From positions 10,375,947 through 10,439,946 of the forward strand of contig NC_134030.1 in NCBI RefSeq assembly GCF_964204645.1: a stretch of DNA of 64,000 nt, read 5' to 3'. Source of the stretch: Tubulanus polymorphus (taxonomy: Eukaryota > Animalia > Nemertea). This document shows, piece after piece, positions 55,642 through 64,000 of this stretch. The notes below the pieces were generated by a model, which was not told where the DNA came from, made no database searches, and saw nothing but the letters and a program-made list of their open reading frames with translations. The position numbers and the translations under genes are program-made. The stretch's first letter is position 1. Each line of letters starts with the position of its first letter.

Positions 55642-55962
55642 GAGTGAAGTATCATATGAGGTGATTTATAATGTAAATATTTTATTCCATACTTTCAATA
55701 GAAAATGATTATTAATTCTTTTTAGCAATGGAATGAAATGATTCAAATATTCTTTTCACCGATGGAAAATTTGACAATTTACTGTGTCCAAAGTAAGTAC
55801 CAGTAATTAAACAATCCCATTCAATTAAATCACTAAAGCGAATTAAGGTACATCATTGTAGGTTTACAGCGTATAAACAGTGGTCTACCATGTAAACATT
55901 GTGTGGCCACCCCCAACCACCCACCAGGAAAGAATCTCAGAATTTTCATTAGCAAAATCATT

Positions 55963-56058
55963 GCTTGCATCAGATAAGCTATGTAAGCAATTTTATTCAT
56001 TGTGTTCTGATGATACACTCCCATAAGAGGTGTCAATTCAAATTCATCATTTGCAAGC
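55963..56058 (-). ncRNA. Box C/D snoRNA family B
   Basis: Same boxes and stem. Confidence 0.75.
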
Positions 56059-56558
56059 AGAACAACATTATTCCTGTATTCAATTATTCTAATGGGGGTA
56101 TCCAAGTGTTGATAGCAGGGGCAGAACCAGGGGGATTTGTGAGAGGAGTTAGTACAAGTACATCAATTTTTTTCAAGTGCCCTTTTTTCATTTTGTCAAC
56201 AAAGATATTTGTACACTTCAGTGTGATAGTACCCCTGTCATTGCCTTTTTGGATATCAAAGTGTCTAGGTATATGACAAGTTCACCAAAACTGGCCCTCA
56301 GTGTAGGAGTAATGTAAACCTAATATTGCCTTTTTGGACATCAAAGTTCCATTTGGGATGTGATAGGTCCTTTGAAATGTGCCCCTGGTTCAGTCCCAGG
56401 ATAGATGTTGACACCAAAAAAATCACACAATTTCTTTGGACCAAAATTTGCCTCTTACATGAGTTATTTTGAAGTATGATTTGAAAACTTTATCACTGAT
56501 AGCACTTTATCACTGAAGTAAGATGTAGAGGGCATATGGCCTTTACAACCACACTTTT

Positions 56559-56625
56559 AGCATCAGTCCGTCCTAGTGTTCAATCATAGTTTTTGACTCA
56601 ACACATCAAATGTCATCATATGCAA
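56559..56625 (-). ncRNA. Box C/D snoRNA family A
   Basis: Same boxes and guide. Confidence 0.75.
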
Positions 56626-56698
56626 GAGTGAGGTATCACATGAGGGATTTATCATTTATATATTGTTTACACTGTATGAGTATTTACTTGGTTCTTGG

Positions 56699-57478
56699 TG
56701 TAATGATGCACGGTGTCTACACCATTCAAGAACTAGTAAAACTGCGTAATCAAGAACAAAAACGAGATAGTCCTTGGTATACGAAAGCAAGAAGTTTATT
56801 GTACCAAATTATGTATCGTTCGTCACACTCGTGAAAATTCCAATATAGCCTATAGATAGATAGTCATATCAATTTCAACAACTTGCGTCGAATATAATTT
56901 TCAACTAACAGTCGATATCGTGCAAACTGTGAGCTAAGGTCTCACCTAAACCGAGCCAAAATCTCCCCTCCCAGTCAGTGCCTGGGGTTTTATATCCCTC
57001 AGCACTCGACTGGTCACCTGACTATAATTCCAAATCTGATTGGCTAACTTTTAGAATGATATCATAGTTTTGCCAGATGCCTAACAACCTCCGAAATTGA
57101 GGTCCTGCCATTTCTGATGTAAACAGATCTAAATACTATTATTATCTAAATAATGATTTTCTTTGTTTTCTTTTAATTTACCTACTCGACTACCTGTTGC
57201 AGTATAGTGATATTATGGTTTGGTCGAAACAATGGCCACGAACTGAATGTCCTCTTCTATAAATCAATTTCTCTAAAATGGAATTCATTGTTAATGTTTA
57301 CGCCTGACCAAACCGCAAGCTAAATTCTAAGGATTTAAAGTTAGGGGAACATCTCATTCTGCCGTCAATTGTTTACTAATGCCAAATTAATAACTCGTCA
57401 TGTAGCCTTAGATATCCATTGTTTTAATATCTTCAAACATCTTCAATTTTATCGAATGTCAGATTTTTTATCATGACA
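56699..57478 (-). mobile_element. Solo LTR (780 bp); truncated duplicate at ~55320-55517
   Basis: TGTAATGAT...ATCATGACA ends and a 5-bp TSD CTTGG on both sides. On the - strand, TATAAAA (~56988-94) lies upstream of AATAAA (56795-800). Confidence 0.8.
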
Positions 57479-57753
57479 CTTGGGAACGATTATAAAATAT
57501 TATTTTTAGCAATAGAATAAAGTGGGTTTTAATCTCTTCCGTTTCCATCGGAAAATATGTCAATTTACTGTGTAAATAAGTAAGTACCGCTGATTAAATT
57601 ATCGCATTTAATTGGATGCCTTTAATCACTGGAGTGAATTACAAAGTGGTAGGTTTACAGGGTAAAAAGAATGGCCTATCTTATGAACGTTAAGTAGCGA
57701 CCCTCTATCACCGACCAGAAGGGAATCTAAGAGTTTTCAGTACTCAAATCATT

Positions 57754-57848
57754 GCTTGCATCAGATAAGCTATGTAAGCAATTTTATTCATTGCGTTATG
57801 ATTATACACTCCCATAAGAGGTGTCAATTCAAATCATCATTTGCAAGC
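57754..57848 (-). ncRNA. Box C/D snoRNA family B (D' box mutated)
   Basis: C/D boxes and stem intact; internal CAGA changed to CATA. Confidence 0.65.
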
Positions 57849-58102
57849 GGAACAACATTATTCCGGCTGTATTCAATCATTCTAATAAGGGGATCATAAT
57901 GTTGATAGCAGGGGCAGAACCAGGGGTACCAGTGAGACTTGTGAGACTTATACAAGTCCACCAAATAATTTCGAGCGCTCTGTTTTATTTTGTCAACAAA
58001 AATAAATGGTTAATTTTAGTGCGAGAGTATACCTTGTATTGCCTTTCAGGGCATGAAAGCGCCTTTTTCGGATGTGGCATATGGCCTTTACAGCCACAAT
58101 TT

Positions 58103-58170
58103 TTGCATCAGTCCGTCCTAGTGTTCAATCATAGTTTTTTACTCAACACATCAACTGTCATCATATGCAA
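58103..58170 (-). ncRNA. Box C/D snoRNA family A
   Basis: Same boxes and guide. Confidence 0.75.
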
Positions 58171-58488
58171 GAGTGAGGTGAGGTAAGATACAATATTCAG
58201 TACTAGAAAATGATTATAAGTATCTACAAATTACTGTGGCCAAAGTAAGTACTACTAGTTTAAACAAGCATTCAATCCCATTTAATTGGATGCCTTTAAA
58301 CAATTATACAATCCCATTTAATTGGATCCCATTTAATCACTGGAGTGAATTGCATATAGGCCTAGTTTAAAGTTGTAGGTTTAGAGGATATAAAGAGTGG
58401 TTTATCATGTGGACGTTAAAAGTTGCTACCCCCAACCACCAACCATATAAGATAGGGCCTACACAGAATTTTCAAAACTAAAATCATT

Positions 58489-58582
58489 GCTTGCATCAGA
58501 TAAGCTATGTAAGCAATTTTATTCATTGGTTCTGATGATACACTCCCATAAGAGGTGTGAATTCAAATCATCATTTGCAAGC
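58489..58582 (-). ncRNA. Box C/D snoRNA family B
   Basis: Same boxes and stem. Confidence 0.72.
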
Positions 58583-58981
58583 AGAACAACCTACTGCATG
58601 TATTCTATCATTCTAATGGGGGCATCCGAGTTTTGATAGCAGGGGCAGAGCCAGAGCCAGGGGGAGTTATTAGACTCACACAACTCCATAAACTTTTTTT
58701 AGTGCCCCTTTTCATTTTGTCAACAAAGATAATGATGCATCTTAGCGTGATAGTTCCCCTGTTATTGCCCTTGTGGACATGAAAGTGCCCTTTTGGGATG
58801 TGACAACCCCGGCATCCACCCCATGGATAGATGTCGACCCCAAAAAATCACCCAATCTTTTTCCGGTCCCAATATGACACTACACGAGTCTCAAAGTATC
58901 ATTTGAAAATTTTATCACTGATAGCCCTTTATCACTGAAGTAAGATGTAGAAGGCATATATGGCCTTTACAACCACACTTT

Positions 58982-59049
58982 TTGCATCAGTCCGTCCTAG
59001 TGTTCAATCATAGTTTTTAACTCAACACATCAAATGTCATCATATGCAA
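58982..59049 (-). ncRNA. Box C/D snoRNA family A
   Basis: Same boxes and guide. Confidence 0.75.
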
Positions 59050-59235
59050 GAGTGAGGTATCACATCAGAAAAATGATTCAAATATTATTTTCACCCATGG
59101 AATAAAATGGTTTTTAATCTTTCTTTTTTCCATTGGCAAATATGACAATTCATTGTCCAAAGTAAGTACCGGTAATTAAACAATCCCAAGCATCTACCAG
59201 AAAAGAATCTCAGAATTTTTAGTAGTAAAATCATT

Positions 59236-59329
59236 GCTTGCATCAGATAAGCATGTAAGCAATTTTATTCATTGTGTCCCGATGATACACTCCCATAAGA
59301 GGTGTCAATTCAAATCATCATTTACAAGC
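59236..59329 (-). ncRNA. Box C/D snoRNA family B (variant)
   Basis: C/D boxes intact; 1-nt deletion in the D guide; D' altered. Confidence 0.62.
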
Positions 59330-59849
59330 GACCTGTTGATAGTTTACTCAAAAAACCTTTTTCCACTTCAAATGAAGACTGATGACTCTTTAAGATGGCA
59401 GTCCATTGTGCGTCAGTTGACTATCTGATAGAGCAATCCGTCTGATATGTTATGGGAGATCGAAATAATTGAGAGGCATCTTCAAAATTTTCCTTTAAAA
59501 CTTCAAAAATGTGTAAAATGTACTGATCTTGGCGATGATCAACGGCTGCCGGTTGGACATCCTGATTCTGATCACGGGGCCAGTTTTCGGGCTGAAGATG
59601 TGTCTAGGGTAGTTGAATGTACATACCAAAATATCACGAAAATCCCTCCCTCAAAGCATCTTCAAACACTTCCGAAAATAAATGGATTCCATCTACACAC
59701 GAACAGCCGATGACGGACAGAAACTGAACACAATATAACACGCTGGTACTTAAGACCCGAGTGGGCTAAAAAGGCATCTAAAACGTCAATATTCTACACG
59801 TTTGTTCTTTACATCGTAATGAGCTATCGCAGCTAGATTGACGACTCAC

Positions 59850-59986
59850 CTCCGTATCTTGTCGAGTTGGTTCGTCAATTCGTGCGCTCGGAAGTAATAG
59901 AAATACGCCTTCGCCGCGATCATGTCCAGCGACCGACGATTCTGAGCGAGGACTTTCTCCATCAACAGATTCGCGCACGTTACAGC
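59850..59986 (-). CDS. PSMD3: PSMD3 exon 4
   Basis: Reads AVTCANLLMEKVLAQNRRSLDMIAAKAYFYY...DKIR; phases 0/2. Confidence 0.92.
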
Positions 59987-60624
59987 CTTCAAAAACAGAA
60001 ACAAAGCTTCTTCTTTTACACCCGATGCAGTAGCTTCACAAGGAAATATTTCCGTACAGGGTGGCTATATTTGACCTGCTTTGACCCAGACTATTCCCGG
60101 ACACGCACGGCTAACTTCGGTTATCAGAGTTAGTCGACTAGTCGTACATGTACTTAATGAAACCGAATGTCAGTTAGTCGGAACTATAGTCCTGAAATAG
60201 TCGACCACGCGGTTGAGCACGGTTGCAGTAGTTTGGACCTATTTCCAAAATGGCCGACGATGTGAAATATCTTACGACCAAATTATAGCGCGTTCGGTTA
60301 TTAGTTCCGACAACAAGTCCACTAGCGAATAGAACTGAAGTTCGCCCTTGTTGTTCTTTGACTTTCCCTCTGACTGATTTGCTAAGAATTCAACCAATCA
60401 ACTCAATCCAATACGAAAAAGACATGGACGGAAACTGTTTGATTTTACGCATTATCTTGTAGCAACCTCATCTGATTTTTTGGTTATTTTACAAAATTCA
60501 CCGACTTGAAAAAAATATCTACATTTTCTGTTAGTGAAGGAGTTTTCAAGGAATCAAGTGGTAGGAAGCCGGTTATAACCAACACCGAAGGAAGAACGCA
60601 GTATGGTAAAACTCGAATACTTAC

Positions 60625-60759
60625 ATCGGCGTAACGTTCAGTGTCGACGAGATGAATCAATAAGAGCAGATGCATGTAGATTTCAATCTCCGGCAACGTC
60701 GAAAGACTCTTAGCCGAGCGCAGACGCAGCGGGGTCTCCGTTCCATCGGTCTCCATCGG
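60625..60759 (-). CDS. PSMD3: PSMD3 exon 3
   Basis: Reads PMETDG...LPEIEIYMHLLLLIHLVDTERYAD; phases 0/0. Confidence 0.9.
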
Positions 60760-60833
60760 CTAGAAAATACAACAACAGACGAGTGTCGTGAGAACTTAAT
60801 CGGAACATTTTCTAGCTAGCTTAGGTGCCTTAA

Positions 60834-61110
60834 CCCTTTCAGTGCGTCTACACCGCAGTGCGGTGTATAAATCAGTGATAGATTTTGCTAGTACACCGCA
60901 CTGCGGTGTATTGATGTAATTAGTAATTATCTCTTGAAAATGGCAGCACCTGTCAAACATAGTGAAATACTAGTAACTAACAATACACCGAACCGCGGTG
61001 TAGACGCACTATAGTGATATTCCCGTTATTCAACACACTAGGGTTGAATTTTTAAATTTTTCAAATTATCTCCAGCACTATAGGGTATTAATTAGTCAGC
61101 ACAGATAGGG
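60834..61110. mobile_element. piggyBac-like MITE (277 bp), the most abundant repeat in the window
   Basis: TTAA|CCCTTTCAGTGC...GCACAGATAGGG|TTAA. Other copies at ~20875-21125, 21271-21547, 25437-25630, 27937-28214, 34297-34570, 37110-37284, 46538-46832 and 51058-51347. Confidence 0.85.
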
Positions 61111-61114
61111 TTAA

Positions 61115-61763
61115 GGCCACATGCCCAATAAATTGTACTTTTCATTATTAATAAACCAAACGCTACTTTTGTATTAAATAATGAGATCTGACTGTGTGAT
61201 GGAAAATTACTAATGAGCTCTAAATTAGTCGTTTATTTATTCTTCACTTTGTTTACGTAGTTCACTTCCAACCCGCAGTTGGCGCTATTTTGGACGGTAT
61301 CTCTGTGGTAAACACAAGCACGTGTGTTCTCTAAGTAGCCTACATAAAATTGATAAAATCAAAGACAACATCATTTGTTCGCTTTAATGATGGATATATA
61401 GTACGCCCAATAATATATGTTTATCATGTCATATATGATGGCAACAACACATGGAAGATTTTTTGAATTAATTTATTCTAAACTATTATAATAGTTTAGA
61501 ATTCAAAAATCTTCCAAGAGGATAAAATGCCTTTTGAAATGTCTACTGAAATGACTGGAAAACTGTCAGCGTTCAACAGAGATGGCATCAGAAACACGCA
61601 CCTGCACACAGAAACAATAACGTGCTGAAATTGCTGATTTAAAAGTCTTAATACTCAGAAGCCTGAACTTAAATTCAAATCAGGAGCATATTCATAATTT
61701 GTGAACGTATTACTTTATAGAATAACTTTCACACGATATTCTATTCATTGGGCATGTGCTCTT
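61115..61763. mobile_element. TTAA-flanked TIR element (Kolobok-like?) abutting the piggyBac MITE
   Basis: CACATGCCCAAT / ATTGGGCATGTG inverted ends, each next to TTAA. Confidence 0.45.
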
Positions 61764-61817
61764 TTAATTTAAAGAGGTACTAAATAATAGTTATAAACCG
61801 AAGTAGCATCCTATTAC

Positions 61818-62011
61818 CTCATCGAGGTAGCTGAGTAAAACTTCTTTTTGCGCCGACGAACTACTCGGCAAATATCCATTGATGCATTTTCTCAGGATCG
61901 TGTGGTTGAGTTTCTTCCGCAGGGACGCTAAACCTCGTAAGGCGCGCGTAACGAAACGCGGCTCTTTCGTCGACACGGTTTTTTCGATGTGTTTTACATG
62001 TTCCTTGACAT
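61818..62011 (-). CDS. PSMD3: PSMD3 exon 2
   Basis: Reads DVKEHVKHIEKTVSTKEPRFVTRALR...LLSYLDE. Confidence 0.93.
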
Positions 62012-62166
62012 CTGAAAATTTCATAAATCATTTGAGACCGAAAAATCATTAAAAAAATCATCTCTTGTAACTGAGTTAAACGGTATAAACACAGACTATC
62101 ATCGAGCATTTGATGATTCGACATTTTTCGATTGGAAAATCGTCTATAATGTAATTTGCAGCCCAC

Positions 62167-62278
62167 CTTCGATAGTCAACAATTCCGTGTCGACTTTAGA
62201 CTCTTCTTTCGGTTTTTCGGCGTCTTTTTTAGTGTCTTTTTTCTCTTTTTTGGCCGTAGTAGACATCGCAACCGGCAT
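62167..62278 (-). CDS. PSMD3: 26S proteasome non-ATPase regulatory subunit 3 (Rpn3), exon 1
   Basis: Reads MPVAMSTTAKKEKK...VDTELLTIE. The ten exons sum to 1497 nt (498 aa + stop) with all phases consistent. Confidence 0.88.
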
Positions 62279-62288
62279 CGCGTAAATA

Positions 62289-62299
62289 TGCTAAGTCAC
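62289..62299 (-). promoter_or_regulatory. Antioxidant response element (Nrf1/CncC-type) at the PSMD3 5' end
   Basis: GTGACTTAGCA on - matches RTGACnnnGCA, 11-21 nt upstream of the PSMD3 ATG. Confidence 0.6.
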
Positions 62300-62539
62300 A
62301 CTACAGATCAAATATGGCTGCCGTTGCGTAAATTCAATTCAAATTGATTTATTCGTTCAATAATCATCGATGGAGGCGGATAAAAAATAATTAGACAATT
62401 AACTAGATTATCCCGACGATGAACTAGAGGACTAGACTAAAGCATTTCTGCCGCGGGGTTTCGCTTCTTTGACGCGCTGTCGCGCGTGGAATGTGCTCGG
62501 AGCCATCCATCCAACGGCGTCATTCAATCGCCGAGCAAG

Positions 62540-62608
62540 ATGGCGGAGAGCAAGGGAGGTATCTTCGCGAAGACCTTACAAAAACAGTTCGTCCGAACGA
62601 AACACAAG
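62540..62608 (+). CDS. AMPH: Amphiphysin/BIN1-family N-BAR protein, coding exon 1 (gene continues beyond the window)
   Basis: MAESKGGIFAKTLQKQFVRTKHK|GTAATC resembles the amphiphysin N-terminal amphipathic helix (recalled human MADIKTGIFAKNVQKRLNRAQEK), with a phase-0 donor. Confidence 0.75.
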
Positions 62609-64000
62609 GTAATCGTCTTAAGGATTAACTTTAGATGCATCTTTACACCATGCACCTAGTGATCGGTGATATTTTATGTACGTGTCTTTCTTATAAATAC
62701 TTCAAAATCTCGCTTAAACGTTCATTTCGGAGGGCTGGTCTTTATTTACTTCCGGGTTTGTGTCATTCAATGAAATTTTATTGACTAGAATTTCGACTTG
62801 TATTCTTTGTCAGGCACGGATAATTTTAAAGTAGAAGAGTTAAGTTGTCAACTGTTAACTCTTTGCATGCAAATTATGTCTGAACTGTATCCTGTTGTTT
62901 GTGTAATCATTGACCGTCCTAATTGGCATTTCAAGATATGCTTGAAAGGGGTCTGCACTGGATTACCCATTTGCCCTCTCAATTTCAGTAAGCGAGCGTG
63001 CTCTTGTGTTGAATTTCTAAACTTTCCATCCATTGTTGCCATCTCAATTTCTAGTTGTTTTGGTGTATTGTGTCTTTGCTGAAACTCATCCAGTTGTCTG
63101 TGGTAACTGTATTCATAGCTCTGGCTGTATATAAGGTTCGACAAATAAAGTTGTTGCTTGTTCAATGTTTTCCCTTGTGGAGGAATTTGATTTCTTCTCC
63201 GCTCGTTTATAATCAAAAAGACCTGAGTGATGGGTAACCTTTTCGTCAGAGTTGTTCGTGATATAAAGAAAATCGCCATTTTGATGCGAAGTACAGTCAA
63301 ACCTGCTTAATCTGGATCAGTTTAATTCGGATTTTGATCTATGCTTCATTAGCCTTTCTTTTTCATCTACTCATAGTCTGATTTTATTTTGAAAAAAATT
63401 GAAGGGCAAAGGAAAAAATATGAAATTGAGAAATGTATTTTCGATTAATCCAGGAATTAATGCCAGTGCCAGTGGTAAAAATGCTAGAATAAAAAATCAT
63501 ACCATGGATAATGCCATAGGTAAAAATGCCAGCAGGAAATAGATGATTTTGCAAACATGGACTTTATGAACATTGGACATGATATTCTCATTTACACTAG
63601 ATTTTGAATATTGAATGTGAAGTATAACATATTTCTAGGTAATTGAAATTGAGAAGTGAATCTGTGATTTGTAAAAAAAAAGTAAAAACCTAGGCAATTA
63701 GAACATGAGAATATATAAACATAGTACATGGTCTTATTTATTCTAGATGACATCTAGATTATCTACATTATTGGAAATTAGAAAATGAATGCACAGTTTA
63801 GATATAACATATTTTTAGATCAATGAATTTCCTGTTGTAATTCATAAAGATTAAATGATTCAATGAATAGTTTATCAGAAGATTTTTATTAGCTAGTTCG
63901 TTGCAATCTATCATGTCCAATCAACGATGAAATGAATAGTTCATTATTATGGTTTGGAATACCAGTTTTTTTTAAATGATGAATCGAATCAAAAGTTTCG

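Noticed and set aside
52793-59428. Recurrent ORFs such as MSIQIIICKRNN and MHQISYVS
   Set aside because: Frames are broken differently in each unit. Conservation follows the C/D boxes on the - strand, not codons.
62848-63300. 150-aa ORF on - within AMPH intron 1
   Set aside because: No recognisable domain or splice context and a non-ATG start. A BLASTp/HMM search would be needed to rescue it.

Overview
Eukaryotic, AT-rich, intron-containing animal DNA. It is probably an invertebrate bilaterian, but the species cannot be determined from the sequence. Gene content: an intronless class A GPCR (8718-9665) with a disabled tandem copy (3027-3976) and an inverted fragment; a multi-exon TMEM245 orthologue on + (from 15813, 3' end ambiguous); a complete 10-exon PSMD3/Rpn3 on - (62278-45133, 498 aa); and exon 1 of an amphiphysin/BIN1 gene arranged head-to-head with PSMD3. 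The most striking feature is in the 8.2-kb intron 4 of PSMD3. It holds a tandem array of 16 box C/D snoRNA-like genes from two alternating families (9 A, 7 B), all sense to the host and strongly conserved relative to their spacers. They appear to be separated by repeated ~60-nt cryptic exons, and the array also contains a solo LTR. Other features: a 190-bp satellite next to the TMEM245 promoter, nested Helentron-type (HINE) elements, piggyBac, Harbinger and Tc1/mariner MITEs, and palindromic Penelope-like relics carrying hammerhead-ribozyme cores. All coordinates were read by eye, so repeat boundaries may be off by a few nt.
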